Source: Neocallimastix sp. 'constans' (lineage: Eukaryota). From it: 64,000 nt of DNA. Positions 37,516-52,300 of the stretch are shown in pieces; positions within the stretch are counted from its first letter, which is position 1; every line of letters starts with the position of its first letter. The notes beneath the pieces were generated by a model. It did no database searches. It worked only from the letters and a program-made list of their open reading frames with translations, and was not told the origin of the DNA. The position numbers and the translations under genes are program-made. The DNA is taken from assembly GCA_050613775.1 (NCBI GenBank), contig JBODTK010000139.1:62001-126000 (forward strand), given 5' to 3'.

Positions 37516-37558
37516 CATGGTAACTCCGAGCCTATTCAATGATAGTCCTCTGGTTACA

Positions 37559-38719
37559 TGTCACGAATACTAGTGGATTTGAAGTTAAAATTCACTATTA
37601 GATCAATTGAAATTTAATTTAGTTATTGACAAAAATTATTTTAATTCGATTTTAATTATAAAAATAAATATTAGAAACATTAAAGAATTAGAATCCAAAG
37701 GGTTTGGACTTATTTATTAAAGATAATTTAATTTAATTTAACCCTTAAGAATTTGGAAAAAAATAACATGAAGAAAAACAACGATAACTCAACAAATAAT
37801 GGAAATATTATATTGTGATTTCCCGCTAAAATTATATTCATTAGAAAGCTACGGACGAGAACTACAACATATGTTAAAATCAACCTTATTGGACAACTAG
37901 ATAACGAGATATTGGACTATAAAGATATTTAAATATAAAAATATAATTTAATTATTTAATTAAGACCTAAATTATTAATTAAGAAATTTATATTAGATAA
38001 ATCTCTTAACTTGGAAATTATATTATTAATTTGTATTATTAATTAAAAATACAGAATTAATTATTAGTAATAGTTTTATAATATTTTAAATAAGTTTATA
38101 AGTTTTATATATTTTATTATTATATATTTTATTCAATTATTTCTAAAAGATTCTAAGGAATTCTTTATTATTCTAAAGATTTACGAAAAAGAATTTTTAA
38201 TTAGTTTTATTTTTTTTTATTTTATATTTGATTATTAAATTAGTTTTATTATTAAATTGTTTTATGAATAATTTATATAGTTATTTTATTAAAAGATTCT
38301 CATCAATATTATTTTATTATTATATTTTATATAGTTTATATACATGTATGAATATATTAAGATTAAAATGTATTATTTAATTATATTGTTAATTATTATT
38401 TTAGTTTAGTATATAAAGGATTTGAAATTCCATATTTTGAATTCTTTGTAAAATTATTAACCTTTAACCTTTAACCTTTAATAATTATTAAAATATATAT
38501 TATATAAAGTTCTAATAAAACATAAATCTTAAATATTGAAATCTTATTATAAAACTTTGCGTGTGTTATTTATTATTTAAATTTAATTAATTGTTATAAT
38601 TAATAAAAACATCTTGACCTGACCAATTTAACCCAAACTAGGAAAGATATAGCCAGAATCTTAACTAATCAATCAATAAGATTTAACTATAATTTTACCT
38701 ACCTACAAAAACTTTTACA
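37559..38719 (+). mobile_element. Family F solo LTR
   Basis: TSD TTACA/TTACG (one mismatch); copy of 25288-26509. Confidence 0.9.
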
Positions 38720-39530
38720 TTACGTAACGTATCTCTAAACAGTTAGCAATTTCGGCTAATCAAATAAAATCTTTTATTAATTTCGTACATTAAATTTTAT
38801 TATTTTATAGTCAATTAATTACATAGTTAAATACTTAGTTAAATATATTTTATTTAGTGATTAGTAAACTAAGTTAAATTAAATTATTTACCAATCATAA
38901 AATTATTAACATGTATAAATAATAATTGAACTTGTAACTGTAACGCACTAGCGTTACTATTAACGTAAATTGTTAAAATAAATATTAATATTAATAAATA
39001 AATATATAATTATTAAATAAATATAGTTACCCAGTGTAAGCCCAGTAACTAATAACAGATAGAGTTATAAAGTGCTGCGCTATATTCTAGTGTAATAGAA
39101 ATAAATAATTATAATTGTAATTAATTTTAGTGTTTATTATTAACAACTCGAATAGAGAAGTGTTAAGTTATCTTAGCCTTTGAATTTAATTATTGTTCAT
39201 TATTTTAGTTATTAATAAACTAACCTTTTACCGATTGTAATGATACGGGGTGTCACTAAATACCTTGTATTTCCTATTAAATATTCTTATTAATTTCTTT
39301 TATTAATATTAAATATAATAAAAATTATTATAAATATTCTTATTAAAAATTATATATAATTTAAATCATTACTAATTCTTATTTTTATATTAAGTATAAT
39401 AAAAACCTATTTCAACAAATATTTGATATAAAATACAGAATTATAAGTTTCTGTATAATATTTTCTAAACCTTGGAAATAAACTAAAAGTAAAACAAAAA
39501 TCAAAAATAAATTAAATCTTTATTAAAATA

Positions 39531-39838
39531 AAAATGAACTAAAATACAGAATGATATCAATAATAAAAATAAACTAAATTACAGAAGAATTTCAATAATA
39601 AAAATGAATTAAATTACAGAAGAATTTCAATAATAAAATGATCTAAAATACATAAGAATTTCAATAATAAAAATGAACTAAATTACAGAAGAATTTCAAT
39701 AATAAAAATGAACTAAAATACAGAAGAATTTCAATAATAAAAATGAACTAAATTACAGAAGAATTTCAATAATAAAAATGAACTAAAATACAGAAGAATT
39801 TCAATAATAAAAATGAACTAAAATACAGAAAATATCAA
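39531..39838. repeat. Minisatellite of about 9 units of 35 bp (AAAATGAACTAAAWTACAGAAGAATTTCAATAATA)
   Basis: Direct head-to-tail repeats with no unique spacers. Confidence 0.9.
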
Positions 39839-40010
39839 TTCTATATAAGTCTCTTTCTGAAAACAATATCAAGAAGAAACTACCGCCCGGAATGCCCTTC
39901 GTGATACAATCTCTAAATTAATTTTTATATTTTAATTTAATAAACGTTATTTTTTTTTAAAAAAAACAATTTAAAATAATAATTAAAAATTAAAATAAAA
40001 TAGTTACAAT

Positions 40011-40052
<42 letters not shown>

Positions 40053-40259
40053 ATAAAATGTATTAAAATAAAAAGTATAAAAGGAAGAATAAATTTCTTT
40101 CTTTTTAATATGTGGAACAAATAATTTTAATTTTAAATTAAATAAAGAATATTTTAAAATTTAATTTTTTTCTTGTTTCCAAATTTATTTTTATCATTAT
40201 GTATTAATATTTATTTTTTTGTTTTGAATATCTTAGTGTTTCAACCCCAGTCCGTATCA

Positions 40260-40690
40260 GTAAAAGGTAAGTTTATTATTAACGAATAATAATTAATTTT
40301 AAAGGCCAAGATAACTTAACACCTCTCTATTCGAGTTGTTAATAATAAACACTAAATTAATTATAATTATAATTATTTATTCCTATTACACTAGAATATA
40401 GCGCAGCACTTTATAATTCTATTTGTTATTAGTTATTGGGCTTACACAGGGTAACTATATTTATTTAATAATTATATTTTTATTTATTAATATTAATATT
40501 TATAATAACAATTTACATTAATAGTAACGCTAGTGCGTTACAGTTACAAGTTCAATTATTATTTATACATGTTAATAATTTTATGATTGGTAAATAATTT
40601 AATTTAACTTAGTTTACTAATCACTAAATAAAAATATGTACTTAACTAAATATTTAACTATATAATTAACTATAAAAATAATAAAAATTA
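40260..40690 (-). mobile_element. Family A 3' LTR lacking its 5' part (deletion fuses it to pol)
   Basis: Reverse complement of the distal ~430 bp of 32749-33305. Confidence 0.85.
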
Positions 40691-42330
40691 TTTCTGCATA
40701 GTGAGGATTGTCGTCGATCACGTCGGCGTTGACCCACTCTTGTTTATCATTCTGGTACGCAACCAGATATTGGTACTGTCCTTAGTGCTTTCTAGATCCA
40801 AGGATATGGATTATCTTTTGGCTTCCTACGGGAGCTGGTACTAATTTCTTGGGCAGTTTGTAGTACGGTTCCAATTCACTCACATGGAACACTGGGTACA
40901 TATTTTGGAATGGCGAACGACTAATATCCAACCTGTAGTTCTTCTTTTCTTCGTCGACGCCAAATACCTTAAATGGTCCGAATTTTCTCGTTGCTAACTT
41001 ATAAAACAGCAACGCATCATAGTTTTCTGGCTTTCTTAGCCATACCTTGTCTAGCAGCATATACCTGGGGTAATTATCTTACGAGTCTTTTCCATATTAT
41101 CCAGGTATCTTGTCAGGGCGATTTCCAGTATGTGCTTTAGGTTTCCCAGGTTATGAGTAAAGCTATCGATCATTTTAGCTTCGCCCAACGAATGCACTAA
41201 GTCGGCTGTTCTTGGGGATTATGTATCTGGTAGTTATACAAGGTAAGGAAAGGAGATTGTTGGGTAGAAGCGTGGATTGAATTATTATAGCAGAACTCTG
41301 CTAGGAATAAGTAATCCATCAAGCTTTCATCGTCATAGGTTCCCACAAAGCACCGTAAATAAGTTTCCACGTAGGCATTGTTCCTTTCGAATTGGCCTAC
41401 TATTTCATGGTGACTAGTTGTAGCATAGTTTACTTCAGTTCCGAAAAACTCTAGTAGCTCCTTCCATACTTGGCTTGTAAACTGAACTCCTCTGTCAGTC
41501 GTAACCACCTTAGGGAATCCGTGCAATCTGTAAATTTCTTTTAGGAAAGAGTTAGCAGTCTCGTTAGCAGTGGGCACATGCTTAAATCCTATCCGGTGTA
41601 TCATCTTGGTTAATTTGTCACAACACACTAAGATACAACCTGCTCTTTTCGTTTCCCAAACGTAACCATCTTCTGTTCTTGTCCTGCATTTTACTGGTAG
41701 ATCCGTTATAAAGTCTAATTGTATGTCTTGCCAGGGTAATTCCGCAACTGGAACCCTTACTGCAGTACCATATTCTTTGTGTCTATTATCCTTCTTGGTA
41801 GTACAGGTTTTGCAAGCTTTGACATAGACTGAAATATTCTTCCTCATCTTCGGCCAGTAGAAATTCCTAGATACTAGGTCCGAAGTCTTATCTATTCCCA
41901 AATGTACTGCGTACTCCGAGTCATGGTTTAGTTGGATAATTGTCTTTCTGAACGTTGTGGGCACGTATACTTGTTCAGGATTTTCCTTTCTAACCAGAAG
42001 GTCATCTACTTCTAGCCAATGTTTCTTGTTGTAATTATTTCTGGCGTTTTCAGCTAAGTCTTTAATTATCTCTTGGGCCATTTTATCCTATCTATAGGCC
42101 TGCTTAATATCATCCACGAAATTGGTGGCTAAGGCTAAATAACTAGCTTCTCCATCTACGTCATCAAATCCTACCAATTGTTCGGGTTTTAATAGGCTAT
42201 CTTTGTCGAATTCTTTACTCTCAGTTTTCTCTGTTTCAACCCTCGATAGAAAGCAGAGCCAACTATAGGTGGCGTCCTTGCCATCCCAGAGGAGCTGGAC
42301 ACGATAAATCCTCTCAAACAAGGTTTACGC
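40691..42330 (-). pseudogene. pol: Internally deleted family A gypsy: putative gag start fused to the end of RNase H, integrase and chromodomain-like tail
   Basis: ORFs 41197-42081 (HHCC, QLDF, TDRGVQF, ERNN) and 40782-41060 (KFGPFK, HVSELEPY); junction near 42247 (..SWLCF/LSRVETEKTE). Confidence 0.9.
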
Positions 42331-42689
42331 AATGGGATTCTTATAGTGTTAGAAATATAAAAAACATACCTACCTAAGTATCGTTTAACCCTAACCTTTC
42401 ACGAAAAACCCAGAGAGAAAAATCGTGAAGATTTGATACTTGTGGGGGTCGATCCAGAGACCTTTGGTATGATAAATTATAATTACATATTGTAATAAAA
42501 TAAAATAAAAAAATTATTATCAAAAAGATATAAATTTTAATATTTAATAATTATTATTAAATATACTGTTACTATACATATTTATTGAATGCGGTTCATT
42601 TCGCCAATTTTTATAATACAAATTTTCAATACTCCATTTATTTTTAATTGATTGTAAAATTTTTTTGTTAACGCCATAAAAAATTTAAA

Positions 42690-43020
42690 AAAAAAATAAA
42701 TGTATAAATAAATAAACAAACAAATAAATAAATAAATAAAGAATGTAATAAGTATATAAAATAAAAATAAATAGTAGAATATGAATATAAAACACATAAA
42801 AATAAAATAAAATAAAATAAAATAAAATAAAATAAATAATAGAATATAAATATAAGTACATATTGAATAAAATAAAATAAAATAAATAGTAGAATATAAA
42901 CATAAGTACATATTGAATAAAATAAAATAAATAGTAGAATATAAATAGATTGAATAAAATAAAATAAATAATAGAATATAAATATAAATACAGATTGAAT
43001 ATAATAAATAAAATAAATAT
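42690..43020 (-). repeat. Short block of the satellite in inverted orientation
   Basis: ATTGAATAAAATAAAATAAATAGTAGAATATAAA units are the reverse complement of the main array monomer. Confidence 0.85.
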
Positions 43021-43329
43021 CTAATATTTTTTTTTTATTAAAGAATATTACAGATCAATGTTTTAGAAATGAAAATTTTTTACATTTTTATTGTATTCAA
43101 TTGATGATGTAATTTAATATATAAAATAATATTATTGATTGTTTATAATCTCATTAAATATAAATGATTTTTTTGCTTTCTAATATATATAATTTAATAA
43201 AACATTTTATTTTTTAAATTTTCTTTAATATTCTTTAATAAAAAATAATGATAAATATTTACTTTATTTTATTTTATATACTTGTATTTTTATATTACTA
43301 TATTCAATATTTATTTTATTTTATTTTAT

Positions 43330-43360
<31 letters not shown>

Positions 43361-46300
43361 TATTTTATTTTATTTTATTTTATTCAATCTGAATTTTATA
43401 TTCATATTTCTACTATTTATTTTATTTTATTTTATTTTATTTATTTTATTTAATCTGTAATTTTATATTTATATTCTAGTATTTATTTTATTTTATTTTA
43501 TTCAATCTGTTTTATATTTATATTCTACTATTTATTTTATTTTATTTTATTCAATCTGAACTTTATATTCATATTTCTACTATTTATTTTATTTTATTTA
43601 TTTTATTTAATTTTATTTAATCTATACTTTTATATCTATATTCTAGTATTTATTTATTTTTATTTTATTTTATTTTATTTTATTTTATTTAATCTGTACT
43701 TATATTTATATTCTACTATTTATTTTATTTTATTTTATTCAATCTGTTTTATATATATATTCTACTATTTATTTTATTTTATTTTATTCAATATGTATTT
43801 ATATTTATATTCTATTATTTATTTTATTTTATTCAATCTGTTTTATATATATATTATACTTTTTATTTTATTTTATTTTATTCAATCCGTTCTTATATTT
43901 ATTTTCTAATATTTATTTTATTTTATTTTATTCAATCCGTTCTTATATTTATATTCTACTATTTATTTTATTTTATTTTATTCAATTTGTAGTTATTTTT
44001 ATATTCTACTATTTATTTTATTTTATTTTATACAATATGTATTTATATTTATATTCTATTATTTATTTTATTTTATTCAATCTGTTTTATATATATATTA
44101 TACTTTTTATTTTATTTTATTTTATTAAATCAGTTTTATATTTATTTTCTAATATTTACTTTTTTTTATTTTATTCAATCCGTTCTTATATTTATATTCT
44201 ACTATTTATTTTATTTTATTTTATTCAATCCGTTCTTATATTTATATTCTACTATTTATTTTATTTTATTTTATTCAATTTTTAGTTATATTTATATTCT
44301 ACTTTTTATTTTATTTTAATTTTATTCAATCTGTATTTATATTTATATTCTATTATTTTTTTTATTTTATTCAATCTGTTTTATATATATATTATAATTT
44401 TTATTTTATTTTATTTTATTAAATCAGTTTTATATTTATTTTCTAATATTTATTTTTTTTTTATTTTATTCAATCCGTTCTTATATTTATATTCTACTAT
44501 TTATTTTATTTTATTTTATTCAATCTTTACTTATATTTATATTCTACTATTTATTTTATTTTATTTTATTCAATCTGTTTTATATATATATTATACTTTT
44601 TATTTTATTTTATTTTATTAAATCAGTTTTATATTTATTTTCTAATATTTATTTTTTTTTTATTTTATTCAATCCGTTCTTATATTTATATTCTACTATT
44701 TATTTTATTTTATTTTATTCAATCTTTACTTATATTTATATTCTACTATTTATTTTATTTTATTTTATTCAATCTGTTTTATATATATATTCTACTATTT
44801 ATTTTATTTTATTTTATACAATATGTATTTATATTTATATTCTATTATTTATTTTATTTTATTCAATCTGTTTTATATATATATTATACTTTTTATTTTA
44901 TTTTATTTTATTAAATCAGTTTTATATTTATTTTCTAATATTTATTTTTTTTTATTTTATTCAATCCGTTCTTATATTTATATTCTACTATTTATTTTAT
45001 TTTATTTTATTCAATCCGTTCTTATATTTATATTCTACTATTTATTTTATTTTATTTTATTCAATTTTTAGTTATATTTATATTCTATTATTTATTTTAT
45101 TTTATTCAATCTGTTTTATATATATATTATACTATTTATTTTATTTTATTTTATTCAATCTGTTTTATATATATATTATACTTTTTATTTTATTTTATTT
45201 TATTAAATCAGTTTTATATTTATTTTCTAATATTTATTTTTTTTTTATTTTATTCAATCCGTTCTTATATTTATATTCTACTATTTATTTTATTTTATTT
45301 TATTCAATCTTTACTTATATTTATATTCTACTATTTATTTTATTTTATTTTATTCAATCTGTTTTATATATATATTATACTTTTTATTTTATTTTATTTT
45401 ATTAAATCAGTTTTATATTTATTTTCTAATATTTATTTTTTTTTTATTTTATTCAATCCGTTCTTATATTTATATTCTACTATTTATTTTATTTTATTTT
45501 ATTCAATCTGTTTTATATATATATTCTACTATTTATTTTATTTTATTTTATTCAATTTTTAGTTATATTTATATTCTACTTTTTATTTTATTTTAATTTT
45601 ATTCAATCTGTATTTATATTTATATTCTATTATTTTTTTTATTTTATTCAATCTGTTTTATATATATATTATAATTTTTATTTTATTTTATTTTATTAAA
45701 TCAGTTTTATATTTATTTTCTAATATTTATTTTTTTTTTATTTTATTCAATCCGTTCTTATATTTATATTCTACTATTTATTTTATTTTATTTTATTCAA
45801 TCTTTACTTATATTTATATTCTACTATTTATTTTATTTTATTTTATTCAATCTGTTTTATATATATATTATACTTTTTATTTTATTTTATTTTATTAAAT
45901 CAGTTTTATATTTATTTTCTAATATTTATTTTTTTTTTATTTTATTCAATCCGTTCTTATATTTATATTCTACTATTTATTTTATTTTATTTTATTCAAT
46001 CTTTACTTATATTTATATTCTACTATTTATTTTATTTTATTTTATTCAATCTGTTTTATATATATATTCTACTATTTATTTTATTTTATTTTATACAATA
46101 TGTATTTATATTTATATTCTATTATTTATTTTATTTTATTCAATCTGTTTTATATATATATTATACTTTTTATTTTATTTTATTTTATTAAATCAGTTTT
46201 ATATTTATTTTCTAATATTTATTTTTTTTTATTTTATTCAATCCGTTCTTATATTTATATTCTACTATTTATTTTATTTTATTTTATTCAATCCGTTCTT

Positions 46301-49300
46301 ATATTTATATTCTACTATTTATTTTATTTTATTTTATTCAATTTTTAGTTATATTTATATTCTATTATTTATTTTATTTTATTCAATCTGTTTTATATAT
46401 ATATTATACTATTTATTTTATTTTATTTTATTCAATCTGTTTTATATATATATTATACTTTTTATTTTATTTTATTTTATTAAATCAGTTTTATATTTAT
46501 TTTCTAATATTTATTTTTTTTTTATTTTATTCAATCCGTTCTTATATTTATATTCTACTATTTATTTTATTTTATTTTATTCAATCTTTACTTATATTTA
46601 TATTCTACTATTTATTTTATTTTATTTTATTCAATCTGTTTTATATATATATTATACTTTTTATTTTATTTTATTTTATTAAATCAGTTTTATATTTATT
46701 TTCTAATATTTATTTTTTTTTTATTTTATTCAATCCGTTCTTATATTTATATTCTACTATTTATTTTATTTTATTTTATTCAATCTTTACTTATATTTAT
46801 ATTCTACTATTTATTTTATTTTATTTTATTCAATTTTTAGTTATATTTATATTCTACTTTTTATTTTATTTTAATTTTATTCAATCTGTATTTATATTTA
46901 TATTCTATTATTTTTTTTATTTTATTCAATCTGTTTTATATATATATTATAATTTTTATTTTATTTTATTTTATTAAATCAGTTTTATATTTATTTTCTA
47001 ATATTTATTTTTTTTTTATTTTATTCAATCCGTTCTTATATTTATATTCTACTATTTATTTTATTTTATTTTATTCAATCTTTACTTATATTTATATTCT
47101 ACTATTTATTTTATTTTATTTTATTCAATCTGTTTTATATATATATTATACTTTTTATTTTATTTTATTTTATTAAATCAGTTTTATATTTATTTTCTAA
47201 TATTTATTTTTTTTTTATTTTATTCAATCCGTTCTTATATTTATATTCTACTATTTATTTTATTTTATTTTATTCAATCTTTACTTATATTTATATTCTA
47301 CTATTTATTTTATTTTATTTTATTCAATCTGTTTTATATATATATTCTACTATTTATTTTATTTTATTTTATACAATATGTATTTATATTTATATTCTAT
47401 TATTTATTTTATTTTATTCAATCTGTTTTATATATATATTATACTTTTTATTTTATTTTATTTTATTAAATCAGTTTTATATTTATTTTCTAATATTTAT
47501 TTTTTTTTATTTTATTCAATCCGTTCTTATATTTATATTCTACTATTTATTTTATTTTATTTTATTCAATCCGTTCTTATATTTATATTCTACTATTTAT
47601 TTTATTTTATTTTATTCAATTTTTAGTTATATTTATATTCTATTATTTATTTTATTTTATTCAATCTGTTTTATATATATATTATACTATTTATTTTATT
47701 TTATTTTATTCAATCTGTTTTATATATATATTATACTTTTTATTTTATTTTATTTTATTAAATCAGTTTTATATTTATTTTCTAATATTTATTTTTTTTT
47801 TATTTTATTCAATCCGTTCTTATATTTATATTCTACTATTTATTTTATTTTATTTTATTCAATCTTTACTTATATTTATATTCTACTATTTATTTTATTT
47901 TATTTTATTCAATCTGTTTTATATATATATTATACTTTTTATTTTATTTTATTTTATTAAATCAGTTTTATATTTATTTTCTAATATTTATTTTTTTTTT
48001 ATTTTATTCAATCCGTTCTTATATTTATATTCTACTATTTATTTTATTTTATTTTATTCAATCTGTTTTATATATATATTCTACTATTTATTTTATTTTA
48101 TTTTATTCAATTTTTAGTTATATTTATATTCTACTTTTTATTTTATTTTAATTTTATTCAATCTGTATTTATATTTATATTCTATTATTTTTTTTATTTT
48201 ATTCAATCTGTTTTATATATATATTATAATTTTTATTTTATTTTATTTTATTAAATCAGTTTTATATTTATTTTCTAATATTTATTTTTTTTTTATTTTA
48301 TTCAATCCGTTCTTATATTTATATTCTACTATTTATTTTATTTTATTTTATTCAATCTTTACTTATATTTATATTCTACTATTTATTTTATTTTATTTTA
48401 TTCAATCTGTTTTATATATATATTATACTTTTTATTTTATTTTATTTTATTAAATCAGTTTTATATTTATTTTCTAATATTTATTTTTTTTTTATTTTAT
48501 TCAATCCGTTCTTATATTTATATTCTACTATTTATTTTATTTTATTTTATTCAATCTTTACTTATATTTATATTCTACTATTTATTTTATTTTATTTTAT
48601 TCAATCTGTTTTATATATATATTCTACTATTTATTTTATTTTATTTTATACAATATGTATTTATATTTATATTCTATTATTTATTTTATTTTATTCAATC
48701 TGTTTTATATATATATTATACTTTTTATTTTATTTTATTTTATTAAATCAGTTTTATATTTATTTTCTAATATTTATTTTTTTTTATTTTATTCAATCCG
48801 TTCTTATATTTATATTCTACTATTTATTTTATTTTATTTTATTCAATCCGTTCTTATATTTATATTCTACTATTTATTTTATTTTATTTTATTCAATTTT
48901 TAGTTATATTTATATTCTATTATTTATTTTATTTTATTCAATCTGTTTTATATATATATTATACTATTTATTTTATTTTATTTTATTCAATCTGTTTTAT
49001 ATATATATTATACTTTTTATTTTATTTTATTTTATTAAATCAGTTTTATATTTATTTTCTAATATTTATTTTTTTTTTATTTTATTCAATCCGTTCTTAT
49101 ATTTATATTCTACTATTTATTTTATTTTATTTTATTCAATCTTTACTTATATTTATATTCTACTATTTATTTTATTTTATTTTATTCAATCTGTTTTATA
49201 TATATATTATACTTTTTATTTTATTTTATTTTATTAAATCAGTTTTATATTTATTTTCTAATATTTATTTTTTTTTTATTTTATTCAATCCGTTCTTATA

Positions 49301-52300
49301 TTTATATTCTACTATTTATTTTATTTTATTTTATTCAATCTGTTTTATATATATATTCTACTATTTATTTTATTTTATTTTATTCAATATGTATTTATAT
49401 TTATATTCTATTATTTATTTTATTTTATTCAATCTGTTTTATATATATATTCTACTATTTATTTTATTTTATTTTATTCAATATGTATTTATATTTATAT
49501 TCTATTATTTATTTTATTTTATTCAATCTGTTTTATATATATATTCTACTATTTATTTTATTTTATTTTATACAATATGTATTTATATTTATATTCTATT
49601 ATTTATTTTATTTTATTCAATCTTTACTTATATTTATATTCTACTATTTATTTTATTTTATTTTATTCAATTTTTAATTATATTTATATTCTACTATTTA
49701 TTTTATTTTATTTTATTCAATATGTATTTATATTTATATTCTATTATTTATTTTATTTTATTCAATCTGTTTTATATATATATTCTACTATTTATTTTAT
49801 TTTATTTTATACAATATGTATTTATATTTATATTCTATTATTTATTTTATTTTATTCAATCTTTACTTATATTTATATTCTACTATTTATTTTATTTTAT
49901 TTTATTCAATTTTTAGTTATATTTATATTCTACTTTTTATTTTATTTTAATTTTATTCAATCTGTATTTATATTTATATTCTATTATTTATTTTATTTTA
50001 TTCAATCTGTTTTATATATATATTATACTTTTTATTTTATTTTATTTTATTCAATCCGTTCTTATATTTATTTTCTAATATTTATTTTATTTTATTTTAT
50101 TCAATCCGTTCTTATATTTATATTCTACTATTTATTTTATTTTATTTTATTCAATTTGTAGTTATTTTTATATTCTACTATTTATTTTATTTTATTTTAT
50201 ACAATATGTATTTATATTTATATTCTATTATTTATTTTATTTTATTCAATCTGTTTTATATATATATTATACTTTTTATTTTATTTTATTTTATTAAATC
50301 AGTTTTATATTTATTTTCTAATATTTATTTTTTTTTATTTTATTCAATCCGTTCTTATATTTATATTCTACTATTTATTTTATTTTATTTTATTCAATCC
50401 GTTCTTATATTTATATTCTACTATTTATTTTATTTTATTTTATTCAATTTTTAGTTATATTTATATTCTACTTTTTATTTTATTTTAATTTTATTCAATC
50501 TGTATTTATATTTATATTCTATTATTTTTTTTATTTTATTCAATCTGTTTTATATATATATTATACTTTTTATTTTATTTTATTTTATTAAATCAGTTTT
50601 ATATTTATTTTCTAATATTTATTTTTTTTTTATTTTATTCAATCCGTTCTTATATTTATATTCTACTATTTATTTTATTTTATTTTATTCAATCTTTACT
50701 TATATTTATATTCTACTATTTATTTTATTTTATTTTATTCAATCTTTACTTATATTTATATTCTACTATTTATTTTATTTTATTTTATTCAATCTGTTTT
50801 ATATATATATTCTACTATTTATTTTATTTTATTTTATTCAATATGTATTTATATTTATATTCTATTATTTGTTTTATTTTATTCAATTTTTAGTTATATT
50901 TATATTCTACTTTTTATTTTATTTTAATTTTATTCAATCTGTATTTATATTTATATTCTATTATTTTTTTTATTTTATTCAATCTGTTTTATATATATAT
51001 TATACTTTTTATTTTATTTTATTTTATTAAATCAGTTTTATATTTATTTTCTAATATTTATTTTTTTTTTATTTTATTCAATCCGTTCTTATATTTATAT
51101 TCTACTATTTATTTTATTTTATTTTATTCAATCTTTACTTATATTTATATTCTACTATTTATTTTATTTTATTTTATTCAATCTGTTTTATATATATATT
51201 ATACTTTTTATTTTATTTTATTTTATTAAATCAGTTTTATATTTATTTTCTAATATTTATTTTTTTTTTATTTTATTCAATCCGTTCTTATATTTATATT
51301 CTACTATTTATTTTATTTTATTTTATTCAATCTTTACTTATATTTATATTCTACTATTTATTTTATTTTATTTTATTCAATCTGTTTTATATATATATTC
51401 TACTATTTATTTTATTTTATTTTATTCAATATGTATTTATATTTATATTCTATTATTTATTTTATTTTATTCAATCTGTTTTATATATATATTATACTAT
51501 TTATTTTATTTTATTTTATTCAATCTGTTTTATATATATATTATACTTTTAATTTTATTTTATTTTATTAAATCAGTTTTATATTTATTTTCTAATATTT
51601 ATTTTTTTTTTATTTTATTCAATCCGTTCTTATATTTATATTCTACTATTTATTTTATTTTATTTTATTCAATCTTTACTTATATTTATATTCTACTATT
51701 TATTTTATTTTATTTTATTCAATCTGTTTTATATATATATTATACTTTTTATTTTATTTTATTTTATTAAATCAGTTTTATATTTATTTTCTAATATTTA
51801 TTTTTTTTTTATTTTATTCAATCCGTTCTTATATTTATATTCTACTATTTATTTTATTTTATTTTATTCAATCTGTTTTATATATATATTCTACTATTTA
51901 TTTTATTTTATTTTATTCAATATGTATTTATATTTATATTCTATTATTTATTTTATTTTATTCAATCTGTTTTATATATATATTCTACTATTTATTTTAT
52001 TTTATTTTATTCAATATGTATTTATATTTATATTCTATTATTTATTTTATTTTATTCAATCTGTTTTATATATATATTCTACTATTTATTTTATTTTATT
52101 TTATTCAATATGTATTTATATTTATATTCTATTATTTATTTTATTTTATTCAATCTTTACTTATATTTATATTCTACTATTTATTTTATTTTATTTTATT
52201 CAATTTTTAGTTATATTTATATTCTACTTTTTATTTTATTTTAATTTTATTCAATCTGTATTTATATTTATATTCTATTATTTTTTTTATTTTATTCAAT

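Larger units (their letters stand above)
36638..39231 (+). mobile_element. Family A LTR interrupted by family D and family F solo LTRs
   Basis: Removing both inserts restores TGCAACAGATACATGGTAACT..GGTTACGTAACG..CCTTTTAC, collinear with 32749-33305. Confidence 0.9.

Noticed and set aside
39531..39838. 35-bp repeats (and the ~50-bp satellite) as a CRISPR array
   Set aside because: Head-to-tail repeats with no unique spacers, no cas genes, and a eukaryotic retroelement context.
1..42330. Repeat-induced point mutation (RIP) as the cause of decay
   Set aside because: Some stops are C>T or G>A changes, but duplicate LTRs remain nearly identical and long ORFs stay open; a dinucleotide-context analysis would be needed, so no claim is made.
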